Part shown: positions 1-8,166 of the stretch, in pieces
How positions within the stretch are numbered: position 1 is the first letter of the stretch
Layout: the number at the start of each line of letters is the position of its first letter
Source of the DNA: a virus
Taxonomy: Duplodnaviria; Caudoviricetes
IMG/VR virus record: IMGVR_UViG_3300025083_000140
Location: 1-31,274 of that record
Strand: one strand, 5' to 3'
Length of the DNA: 31,274 nt
Notes under the pieces: model-generated
Told to the model about the DNA's origin: nothing
Database searches by the model: none
The model's input: the letters and a program-made list of their open reading frames with translations, nothing else
Program-made: the position numbers and the translations under genes

Positions 1-1
1 G

Positions 2-562
2 CTACGCCCATCGTTCGAAGAGACGGTAGGGAACGGACGCTTCTTTACCTACGATCACTTCGGAAGTTGTGACAGCGACAATCTACTTAACCGTGTCAGA
101 TACCTATGCAAAGGACTGGGCTGTAAGTGGATCTTCCTAGACCATCTATCGATTGTAGTCAGCGGCTTTGACGGCGACGACGAACGTCGATTGATCGACA
201 ATACAATGACCCGTCTAAGATCGCTTGTCGAAGAGACGCAATGCGGGATGGTCTTAGTCAGTCATCTTAAACGACCACCTGGCAAGGGACACGAAGAGGG
301 AGAGGTAACAAGCCTCGCTCATCTCCGTGGATCACACGCCATACCACAACTGTCGGACATGGTGATTGGGTTGGAACGAAACCAACAATCCGATCAAGCC
401 GACTCTAACCAAACGAGGCTACGCGTACTGAAGAACCGTTTCTGTGGAGAGACGGGACTAGCAGGGACACTACACTTCGATCAAAAGACAGGAAGATTAA
501 ATGAGACTAATGCAACTATGTTTAATAACGATCAAGCGATGGGTGAGAATCATCCGTTCTAA
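2..562 (+). CDS. gp4: T7 gp4-like primase-helicase, C-terminal DnaB/SF4 helicase part (5'-truncated by window edge)
   Basis: The frame is open from base 2, not just 191: ...YDHFGSCDSDNLLNRVRYL...WIFLDHLSIVVSG...LVSHLKRP...HEEG..SLAHLRGSHAIPQLSDMVIGLERNQQ...LRVLKNRFCGETG. These match the T7 gp4 helicase motifs, and the gene lies directly upstream of the polymerase. Confidence 0.96.
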   Translation, partial: LRPSFEETVGNGRFFTYDHFGSCDSDNLLNRVRYLCKGLGCKWIFLDHLSIVVSGFDGDDERRLIDNTMTRLRSLVEETQCGMVLVSHLKRPPGKGHEEGEVTSLAHLRGSHAIPQLSDMVIGLERNQQSDQADSNQTRLRVLKNRFCGETGLAGTLHFDQKTGRLNETNATMFNNDQAMGENHPF

Positions 563-567
563 ACTAC

Positions 568-2451
568 ATGAATAGACCAAACAAAACTCTGTACTTCGAC
601 ATCGAGACAAACGGTCTTGAAGACTTCTCAACATTCAGCGATCTACACACCGTTCATTGCTTGAGTATCTTCGATCCCGTGATGCAGAAGACTGTTACAT
701 TTAGCAACACCGATGGATACGACGGTATACCTACAGGTTTAAACGAGCTTGATAACGCCGATACAATCGTTGGTCACAACGTCATAGGCTTCGATATACC
801 CGCGCTTCAAAAGCTGTACAACTGGTCACCACAGGCACGCATCCTTGATACACTTGTCACCAGCCGTGCGGTACACAGCGACATCCGTAGCACCGACATA
901 GCACGGGAGAACTACCCGAAGGAACTGATCGGTAGTCACTCGTTAAAGGCGTGGGGACACCGATTAGGCGGCGTGTTCAAGCTCGACTTCGGCGAACAAG
1001 AAGGAGCGTTTGATAAGTTCACACCTGAGATGCAGGAATACTGTGAAGCAGATGTGTATGTCACCGTTGGAATCGGCAAGCACCTACGTGAACAAGAGCC
1101 TGACACACGGATGCTTAACATCGAACATGCGTTTGCACGGTTGATGAGAGCGCAAGAGTTCCGTGGGATCTCGTTTGACAAAGCGAAAGCTGAAGACCTA
1201 GCGATGACATTGACATCACGTCGCGCTGAACTGACCGATGAATTACAGAAGACATTCCCGCCTGTTGTTGAAGAGATGAAGACACCCAGCGGGTACTTGG
1301 TAAAGATCGACGGTAAAGAATACTTCGGCGAAACCAAGGTCGCTTTAAAGCGCATGTTAAAGGACGAAGGACAGACCCAAGCGCTCGCTAACAAGGCGAC
1401 TAAACTAGGCAACAAGACTAAGTCCATACCGTTCAACCCAGGAAGTAGGGATCAGATAGCAGATCGATTGAAAGAACTTGGATGGAAGCCCGTTCACTTC
1501 ACGCCTGACGGTAAACCTAAGATCGATGAAGCCGTGCTTAAATCAGTAAAGCATCCATCCGCTGACCAACTCCTTGAGTATCTGATGGTTGTGAAACGAT
1601 TAGGCATGTTAGCTGAAGGCGACAACGCATGGTTAAAGCTCGCTAAGAACGGACGTATCCACGGTCGGGTAAACACCAACGGCGCAGTCACGGGACGTTG
1701 TACTCATAGCTATCCTAACGTTGCTCAAGTCCCCGCCGTTCGGGCGCCGTATGGTACGGAGTGTAGAAGCTTGTTCAAAGCGTCCGACGGATACGCCCTT
1801 GTCGGGTGCGATGCCAGCGGTCTTGAACTGCGTATGCTAGCGCACTACCTAGCGGGCTTTGACGGCGGTCAATACGCACAGGAACTACTGACAGGTGACA
1901 TCCATACCGTGAACCAAACGGCGGCGGGATTGGAAACACGTGACCAAGCTAAGACGTTTATTTACGCATTTTTATATGGGGCAGGGGACGCAAAGATTGG
2001 TGAGATCGTCGGCGGTTCTTCACGCGAAGGTAAGTTGTTGAAGCGTAAGTTCTTAGCGTCGTTACCAGCGTTGAATGGATTGAAGCAAGCGGTCGAACAA
2101 AAGGTAAAGCGTAGCGGATTCCTAAAGGGATTAGACGGACGCATCCTACCTATACGATCCGAACACTCGGCGTTGAACACGCTGTTACAAAGCGCTGGAG
2201 CCGTGGTGATGAAGCAAGCTTTGATCCTGTTACATAACCACCTGACTGCCAGCGGTCTAGCCATCGGCAGGGAATACGCTTTTGTGGCGAACATCCACGA
2301 CGAGTTCCAAGCCGAGGTACTACCTGACTATAGCGAGAGCTACGGAGAATGCGCTGTCAGGGCGATTCAAAAGGCGGGAGAAGTATTGAAGATGCGATGT
2401 CCGCTAGATGGAGAGTACAAGATAGGAGCGAACTGGGCGGATACACATTGA
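568..2451 (+). CDS. gp5: Family A DNA polymerase with 3'-5' exonuclease domain (T7 gp5-like)
   Basis: Exonuclease motifs FDIETNG, GHNVIGFD and YCEADV; SLKAWGHRLG; polymerase motif A DASGLELR, motif B RDQAKTFIYAFLYG, motif C NIHDEFQ; ends GANWADTH as in T7-like enzymes. Confidence 0.98.
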   Translation: MNRPNKTLYFDIETNGLEDFSTFSDLHTVHCLSIFDPVMQKTVTFSNTDGYDGIPTGLNELDNADTIVGHNVIGFDIPALQKLYNWSPQARILDTLVTSRAVHSDIRSTDIARENYPKELIGSHSLKAWGHRLGGVFKLDFGEQEGAFDKFTPEMQEYCEADVYVTVGIGKHLREQEPDTRMLNIEHAFARLMRAQEFRGISFDKAKAEDLAMTLTSRRAELTDELQKTFPPVVEEMKTPSGYLVKIDGKEYFGETKVALKRMLKDEGQTQALANKATKLGNKTKSIPFNPGSRDQIADRLKELGWKPVHFTPDGKPKIDEAVLKSVKHPSADQLLEYLMVVKRLGMLAEGDNAWLKLAKNGRIHGRVNTNGAVTGRCTHSYPNVAQVPAVRAPYGTECRSLFKASDGYALVGCDASGLELRMLAHYLAGFDGGQYAQELLTGDIHTVNQTAAGLETRDQAKTFIYAFLYGAGDAKIGEIVGGSSREGKLLKRKFLASLPALNGLKQAVEQKVKRSGFLKGLDGRILPIRSEHSALNTLLQSAGAVVMKQALILLHNHLTASGLAIGREYAFVANIHDEFQAEVLPDYSESYGECAVRAIQKAGEVLKMRCPLDGEYKIGANWADTH

Positions 2452-2457
2452 TGTACG

Positions 2458-2856
2458 ATGCCCTCTTCAAACGCACAGCGAATAGGTTGGATAGCTGAAA
2501 CGTTATTCATAGCCGAATGCTTAGAACGAGACTTCGAACCACACCCAACGACGACACCTATGCCTTGGGACTTCATCGTTCATTGCCCCGCAGGTGATCT
2601 AAAGGTTCAAGTTAAATCCACATCCTACAAAGAGAACAACAGCTACAACGTAAACACAGCGTCAGGGAGCGCGAATAAGGCCGCAATGCCCGACAGTGTT
2701 GATGTGGTAGCTATTTATATTATTCCGCTAAAGGAGTGGTGGACGCTTCCTCGCGATAAAGTAACAGGCAAAACCATTCGCTTATACCCCGACAAACCAA
2801 GCCAATCACGATTCAAACCATACCAAAACAACTGGAGTATCTATTACAACAAATGA
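2458..2856 (+). CDS. PD-(D/E)XK endonuclease, group I intron-associated/homing type (PDDEXK_5-like), free-standing
   Basis: Pattern G-x-x-A-E...PWDFIV...LKVQVKS...VDVVAIY in a 132-aa ORF. Its stop overlaps the exonuclease start (ATGAATAA). Confidence 0.75.
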   Translation: MPSSNAQRIGWIAETLFIAECLERDFEPHPTTTPMPWDFIVHCPAGDLKVQVKSTSYKENNSYNVNTASGSANKAAMPDSVDVVAIYIIPLKEWWTLPRDKVTGKTIRLYPDKPSQSRFKPYQNNWSIYYNK

Positions 2857-3710
2857 ATAAAACGACATTACTTATAGACGCCGATGTACTGGCGTACCAA
2901 TCAGCATTCACCGCACAAGCTAACATTCAATGGGAGGAAGAACTATGGACGGTACATACCGATCTATCTCTCGCTAAGAACTGGATAGTCGAACGCTTGG
3001 AAATGTTTAAACGCAAGACAGACGCTGATGATTTCATCCTAGCTATATCCGATAAGAATAACTTCCGTCGTAAGCTTAACCCGCAATACAAAGCGAACAG
3101 ACGGTCTAAGTTTGCACCGATTGGTCTTAGTCCTATTCGGGATTGGATGACCGAAGAATACGGAACTGTTACCTATCCTAACTTAGAAGCAGACGATGTT
3201 CTTTCTATCCTAGCTACCGAACGTCCTAATCGCCAAGACAGACGGATCATTGTATCAATCGATAAAGACTTCAAGTCAGTACCGTGTAACTTCTACGACT
3301 TTAATCGCGATGAGATGCACGAAGTATCGACGGAAGATGCTGATAAGTATCACCTTATGCAAACCATAGCGGGTGATCCCGTTGACGGATACAAAGGCGT
3401 ACCAGGAATAGGAACAGTAAGAGCCGTGCGCATGTTAGACAACGACGGTGCGACTTGGGACACGGTAATGGCGGCGTATACAAAGGCGGGACTAACCGAA
3501 CACGACGCGCTTATGAACGCTTGGATGGCGTATCTAATGCGTAATGTTAACTACAATCACAGGTGGAAACAGATAAAGAATCTATGGATGCCTGACTGTT
3601 GGGACGCTCAAAAGAAAAGAAAGTACAGCGCAATCATGCACAAAGTAACTGGTGAATTAAGTGAAGATTTAGCTCGACCTAATCCGTTTGATCCATTAGA
3701 GGGGGTATAA
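2853..3710 (+). CDS. gp6: 5'-3' exonuclease (T7 gp6-like, FEN family)
   Basis: Motifs LLIDADVLAY, NFRRKLNPQYKANR, LEADDVLSIL, SIDKDF and GDPVDGYKGVPGIG (helix-3-turn-helix). Confidence 0.96.
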   Translation: MNKTTLLIDADVLAYQSAFTAQANIQWEEELWTVHTDLSLAKNWIVERLEMFKRKTDADDFILAISDKNNFRRKLNPQYKANRRSKFAPIGLSPIRDWMTEEYGTVTYPNLEADDVLSILATERPNRQDRRIIVSIDKDFKSVPCNFYDFNRDEMHEVSTEDADKYHLMQTIAGDPVDGYKGVPGIGTVRAVRMLDNDGATWDTVMAAYTKAGLTEHDALMNAWMAYLMRNVNYNHRWKQIKNLWMPDCWDAQKKRKYSAIMHKVTGELSEDLARPNPFDPLEGV

Positions 3711-3914
3711 GTGGCAGTCCCTATCGAAAGAAAACTTCCCGATTTAAGCAAGGATTTAATCGACGTCTTAGACGACCGATTCCCTTCTCGCTGTCCTGAT
3801 CCCAAGGATGACGACCGTGACATATGGATAAAAGTGGGACGCCGCCAAGTCGTTGAGTTTCTCATAGACGTTTATGATGAACAACATACGACACTCATCA
3901 CACCGAAAGATTAA
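3711..3914 (+). CDS. Small conserved phage protein at the T7 gp6.5 position
   Basis: GTG start after a GAGGGGG SD-like run. The pattern LIDVLDDRFP...IWIKVGRRQVVEFL resembles small proteins I recall between exonuclease and portal in marine T7-like phages (unverified). Confidence 0.7.
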   Translation: MAVPIERKLPDLSKDLIDVLDDRFPSRCPDPKDDDRDIWIKVGRRQVVEFLIDVYDEQHTTLITPKD

Positions 3915-3922
3915 TTACTATT

Positions 3923-4129
3923 ATGTGCATAGCTCCTGACGTTCCCGAACCTAAAGATCCTCCACCGCGTCCAGCGTCTCCTCCTCCGCCTATGCAAACA
4001 GCGGCGGTAGCGAAGCCCGCTAACAAGCGTCAAGGAAGTAAGAGCCGTAGACGCCGTGGAACTGCACAACTTACACGTCCCTCGATGGGCGGTAACTACC
4101 AAGGAACAGGTGTTAATTTACCTAAGTAA
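3923..4129 (+). CDS. gp6.7-like small virion protein
   Basis: MC start, Pro-rich N-terminus, basic RRRRG segment and GTGVNLP end; synteny upstream of the portal. Confidence 0.65.
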   Translation: MCIAPDVPEPKDPPPRPASPPPPMQTAAVAKPANKRQGSKSRRRRGTAQLTRPSMGGNYQGTGVNLPK

Positions 4130-4152
4130 CTAATAAACTAGAAAGACTAACT

Positions 4153-4464
4153 ATGTTAAAATCACTCCAGAAGATCACGCTCGCAGACGGTGTCACCGCC
4201 GCTTCGACGGGCTCGTCCTTCAGCGTTGAACGCTCGAAAGGCTGGACGTTTACCGTAGCCTCAACTTCGACGAGCGCTACTGTAGATGTACAAGCTTATA
4301 TAGGCGCTGACTGGCGAACCATTCACAGCGAAGCTGTCACCGCCGTAGGTAACAAAGTAATAAGAGACGACCACGGTCACTACGAAAAGATCCGTGCAAA
4401 GGTCGATCCAATTGCTAACGGCGCTATAAGCGTATTCGCAACAGGAACTACTGACTCGCTGTAA
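4153..4464 (+). CDS. Small beta-rich structural protein (possible decoration/adaptor)
   Basis: 103 aa, Thr/Ser/Ala/Val-rich with alternating beta-strand pattern; first gene of a tightly packed cassette. Confidence 0.6.
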   Translation: MLKSLQKITLADGVTAASTGSSFSVERSKGWTFTVASTSTSATVDVQAYIGADWRTIHSEAVTAVGNKVIRDDHGHYEKIRAKVDPIANGAISVFATGTTDSL

Positions 4465-4667
4465 TGTCGATTACATTTCCGTCTGAACTGAAGAAACCCA
4501 GCGGTATCGTTGACGGTCTTCCAAACGCTTTGGTTCGCCCTGCGTTTGAGAAGCTTTATGGATTCGATGTACCCACGGATGCAACGCCCGTTATAGACGG
4601 AGCTATCTTCACCGAAGGAGGAGAACCAATGACTACAGAAGCTAACGATATAATACTATTTGAATAA
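4464..4667 (+). CDS. Small putative appendage adaptor protein
   Basis: TAATG overlap with the upstream gene. C-terminal IFTEGGEPMTTEANDIILFE fits a TE-x-G-x-x-x-x-TE motif seen in phage structural proteins. Confidence 0.55.
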   Translation: MSITFPSELKKPSGIVDGLPNALVRPAFEKLYGFDVPTDATPVIDGAIFTEGGEPMTTEANDIILFE

Positions 4668-4669
4668 AC

Positions 4670-5326
4670 ATGGCTAATAAAAAGATAACAGAGCTGACCG
4701 AAGAGACCAGTCCACAGGGAGCCGATTTACTCGCACTGGTAGACGACGTATCAGGTACACCTACCACAAAGAAAGTAACCGTTACGAATTTAATGGGGCA
4801 AGCTCCCGTACAAAGTGTCAACACAGCAACAGGTGCAGTAGTACTGGATGCCGACGACATCGACGATACCTCAACCACCCACAAGTTTGTTACTGCATCC
4901 GACATCACGAACCTTAGTAACTTAAGCGGAACGAATACAGGTGACCAAGACTTAAGCAGCTACTTACAAAGCGTATCAGCTGGTGATTTAACAGACGGTA
5001 ACTTTGATGGAACTGCTATCGAAGGATTTGACGCTTCGATCAACGATCAAACAGGAACCACCTATACATTAGTAGCTGGAGATAACGGTAAAGTAGTAGT
5101 ACTTGATAATGCTTCTGCTGTAACTGTCACAGTACCAAGCGGATTGGGAGCGGGGTTTAATTGCAGCTTCGTACAAAAGGGAGCAGGTCAAGTATCGTTC
5201 AGTGCTTCAGGAACTACCATCAACAACAGACAGTCCCACACTAAGACCAATGCTCAGTACGGAGTAGCAAGTATAGTTGCTTACGCTGCTGATACCTTTG
5301 TTCTTGCTGGCGATACTTCTGCTTAA
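4670..5326 (+). CDS. Fibre/whisker-like structural protein
   Basis: N-terminal ANKKITELT...VD...TKKVTVTNL module; VQSVNTATGAVVL fibre motif; C-terminal INDQTGTTYTLVAGDNGK...QKGAGQV...FVLAGD beta domain typical of aquatic phage fibres. Confidence 0.7.
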   Translation: MANKKITELTEETSPQGADLLALVDDVSGTPTTKKVTVTNLMGQAPVQSVNTATGAVVLDADDIDDTSTTHKFVTASDITNLSNLSGTNTGDQDLSSYLQSVSAGDLTDGNFDGTAIEGFDASINDQTGTTYTLVAGDNGKVVVLDNASAVTVTVPSGLGAGFNCSFVQKGAGQVSFSASGTTINNRQSHTKTNAQYGVASIVAYAADTFVLAGDTSA

Positions 5327-5329
5327 CAG

Positions 5330-5551
5330 ATGTTCGTTCTTCCTACATTCGGATTGGGCGTAGTAGCTAGTCCTACATTTACCTCTGTATTCGATGATTC
5401 CTTAACATTCCCAACCATCCAAGTATTCGACAACGAGTCTGAGTTTATCGATCAAACGGACGCACCTGACTACACCATCGTCCACGCAAAAGACACCGAT
5501 AAGTTGTATGTTTATGATGGATTAAAATGGGCAGTATATAATCAAGATTAG
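5330..5551 (+). CDS. Small structural/adaptor protein
   Basis: 73 aa; ends in IVHAKDTDKLYVYDGLKW, a fibre-type DT-x-KL-x-V-x-DG-x-W motif that recurs at the start of the next gene. Confidence 0.6.
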   Translation: MFVLPTFGLGVVASPTFTSVFDDSLTFPTIQVFDNESEFIDQTDAPDYTIVHAKDTDKLYVYDGLKWAVYNQD

Positions 5552-5559
5552 CAAATAAA

Positions 5560-6363
5560 ATGAGTACATTAACTTCAACAACTTCAACAACCCGTCCGAC
5601 TTTGGGAACGGGTGATGTAGGTAAATCTTACTTTGAAACAGATTCCAAAAAACTCCTAGTGTGGGACGGTACGGGATGGAATGAATGGAATAAAGACTCA
5701 ACTATAACTCCGGGTTTTAACAATAACTACTCTGCTTACTTTGACGCTACTGGGGATTATGGACGACTATCGGCTCCTATTAGTTTGAGTGGTGCTTTTA
5801 CTATAAGCGGTTGGTTCAGGTGCGATAATAGTTCTCCATCAGCTATGGTTTTATTAGGAGAAATTTCAGGAGGGGATATAGTTCTCTATATGAATGGATC
5901 GAATTTATCTATGCAAGGATTCGGCGGTACTCAAACAACTTCAGGAGTGACCATAGCAAGAGACGGTACTACTTGGTATCATTTTGCAGTTATCAGAGAT
6001 TCCTCAAATAATATAGATATTTATATAGATGGAACCTCTAGAAGGTCAGTTACTAATAAAACGGCTACAGTTAGTCTCGAATATTTTGGAGGAGATTTTC
6101 CTACTTACCCAGGTCAAATTTGGAATGGGTACATAGATGACGTTGCTTTATGGTTCTCCGATCAAACATCCAACTTGAGTTCTATCTACGATAGCAGTTT
6201 AGGTACTCCAGATGATTTAAGTACATTAAGCCCTGATCATTGGTGGCGTATGGGGGATTCAGACGGCGGAGCAGGATCAACTATAACTGATGTCGGATAC
6301 GGTTCTTCTTTAAAAGACTTAACCTTAACTAATGCAGTTATTAGCACAACCGTACCATCCTGA
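5560..6363 (+). CDS. Concanavalin A-like/LamG lectin-domain virion protein (candidate receptor-binding protein)
   Basis: YSAYFDATGDY, FTISGWFR, WYHFAVIR, IYIDG, WNGYIDDVALW and PDHWWRMGD are hallmarks of phage Laminin_G_3 domains; locally AT-richer than the flanks. Confidence 0.85.
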   Translation: MSTLTSTTSTTRPTLGTGDVGKSYFETDSKKLLVWDGTGWNEWNKDSTITPGFNNNYSAYFDATGDYGRLSAPISLSGAFTISGWFRCDNSSPSAMVLLGEISGGDIVLYMNGSNLSMQGFGGTQTTSGVTIARDGTTWYHFAVIRDSSNNIDIYIDGTSRRSVTNKTATVSLEYFGGDFPTYPGQIWNGYIDDVALWFSDQTSNLSSIYDSSLGTPDDLSTLSPDHWWRMGDSDGGAGSTITDVGYGSSLKDLTLTNAVISTTVPS

Positions 6364-6596
6364 TGAATAATAGAACTTATGTAATTATAGACGCATCGGA
6401 AGCTTCTAATGTTGATTTCGATAGCGTAATAGAAAATAACATCAACACACTTCGTTACTCATTAGACGGTACAAAAACATTCGTTAAGTACGAAGGCACA
6501 CAACCATTTTTTCTGCTCGGTAAGACGGAATACAATCACGAAGAGATACTAAACATCTTGAGTGGCCCTGAGTGGATGAGCGAAGGACTTAGCTGA
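6363..6596 (+). CDS. Conserved small phage protein following the lectin gene (possible assembly chaperone)
   Basis: 77 aa, YVII...VDFDSV...TLRYSLDGTKTFVKYEG...EEIL..L...EW; TGATG overlaps at both ends. Confidence 0.65.
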   Translation: MNNRTYVIIDASEASNVDFDSVIENNINTLRYSLDGTKTFVKYEGTQPFFLLGKTEYNHEEILNILSGPEWMSEGLS

Positions 6597-8158
6597 TGCA
6601 ATACGAAACGGCTCAAAGCCTTTACACGCAGTTAGAGAACTCGCGTTGGACGTTCCTTGATCGTGGTAGAACTTCATCTGAATTAACTATTCCGTATGTC
6701 TTACCGCCCGATGGACACGGCCCTCACACGAAGTACTACACGCCGTATCAAGGCATTGGTGCGCGTGGTGTAAACAACCTAGCATCGAAGTTACTCCTCG
6801 CTTTACTACCGCCTAATGCGCCTTTCTTTCGCCTGGTCATCGACCGTTATGAGCTTGAGAAAGCGAAAGCAGAGATGGGTGAAGAAGGCGGCGAACAACT
6901 ACGCACCGATCTTGAGAAAGCTTTAAGCGAAGTAGAACGCGCTGTATCTCAAGAGGTCGAAGTAGAGGCGTTTAGAGTCGGCGTTTTCGAAGCCTTAAAG
7001 AATCTTTTAATTACAGGAAACACGTTGCTCTATCTCCCCGACGACGGCGGTATGCGAGTGTTCCGTCCTGACCGTTACGTTGTAAAGCGTGATGCGATGG
7101 GGAACGTCACACATATCGCCGTCAAGGAGACTGTTGCTCCGTTCATGCTTCCCGAAGAAGTACGACAAGAAGTCTACAAAGAATCAAAGGACAACAACTG
7201 CGACCTGTATACATCGATTGTACGTAACGGTGATAAGTTTGATGTACAACAAGATGTCAAAGGCATCGTCATTGAAGAGTCAAAAGGATCGTATTCTATC
7301 GACAAGTCGCCTTGGTTACCGCTGAGATACACGCGTATAGACGGCGAGGACTACGGTCGTGGGTTCGTAGAAGAGTACATTGGGGATCTTAAAAGTCTTG
7401 AGTCATTGACTAAGGCTATCGTTGAAGGCAGTGCCGCCGCCGCTAAAGTCCTGTTCATGGTCAATCCAAACGGCACTACACGCGCGCGTACATTGGCGGA
7501 AGCTCCTAACGGTGCAATCGTCCAAGGAACCGAAGGTGATGTATCTGTCTTACAACTCAACAAGTTCAACGACTTTCGAGTGGCACAGACGGTTATGGCT
7601 CAGATTCAAGACCGCCTTAGTCACGCCTTTCTTTTAAACAGCAACGTCGTTAGAGACGCAGAACGAGTTACCGCCGAGGAAATACGAATGTTATCGCAAG
7701 AACTTGAAGCGGCTCTCGGCGGGCTGTATTCAATTCTTAGTCAGGAGTTTCAACTCCCGCTTGTAACGCGATTAATGGATCGTATGAGCAAGAGGGATCG
7801 CCTGCCCAAGCTCCCCAAGGACATCGTTAAACCTACCGTTGTTACAGGCGTTGAAGCGCTTGGACGCGGTAATGATCTTAATCGATTGGACATGTTCCTG
7901 GCGGGAGCTAATCAAGTTGTAGGCCCTGAAGCAGTCGCTCAGTACGTTAATGTAGGAGACTACTTCAAACGCCGTGCAACCGCCTTAGGAATCGAGACCG
8001 AAGGATTGATTAAATCGGAAGAAGAACTTCAACAACAAATGCAACAAGCCCAGCAACAGGAAATGATGATGAAGCTTGGAGCGCCCGCTGTTGGCCCCGC
8101 TATAAACGCGATGTCTCAGCAAGCACAACAACAACCAGAACCGACAGGTGAACAATAA
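6596..8158 (+). CDS. gp8: Portal / head-to-tail connector (T7 gp8-like)
   Basis: Motifs QGIGARGVNNLASKLLLALLPPN, GEDYGRGFVEEY.GDL.SLE.L, RDAERVTAEEIR and TGVEALGRG; 520 aa with Gln-rich tail. Confidence 0.98.
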   Translation: MQYETAQSLYTQLENSRWTFLDRGRTSSELTIPYVLPPDGHGPHTKYYTPYQGIGARGVNNLASKLLLALLPPNAPFFRLVIDRYELEKAKAEMGEEGGEQLRTDLEKALSEVERAVSQEVEVEAFRVGVFEALKNLLITGNTLLYLPDDGGMRVFRPDRYVVKRDAMGNVTHIAVKETVAPFMLPEEVRQEVYKESKDNNCDLYTSIVRNGDKFDVQQDVKGIVIEESKGSYSIDKSPWLPLRYTRIDGEDYGRGFVEEYIGDLKSLESLTKAIVEGSAAAAKVLFMVNPNGTTRARTLAEAPNGAIVQGTEGDVSVLQLNKFNDFRVAQTVMAQIQDRLSHAFLLNSNVVRDAERVTAEEIRMLSQELEAALGGLYSILSQEFQLPLVTRLMDRMSKRDRLPKLPKDIVKPTVVTGVEALGRGNDLNRLDMFLAGANQVVGPEAVAQYVNVGDYFKRRATALGIETEGLIKSEEELQQQMQQAQQQEMMMKLGAPAVGPAINAMSQQAQQQPEPTGEQ

Positions 8159-8166
8159 ACGACATC

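Noticed and set aside
191-562. 123-aa ORF as a complete stand-alone gene
   Set aside because: The frame is open to the window's left edge with helicase motifs upstream of 191, so it is the tail of the primase-helicase.
5330-6363. 73-aa and 267-aa ORFs as one gene broken by a stop or sequencing error
   Set aside because: They are in different frames, the first frame hits a second stop just after its TAG, and the second ORF has its own A-rich leader and ATG.
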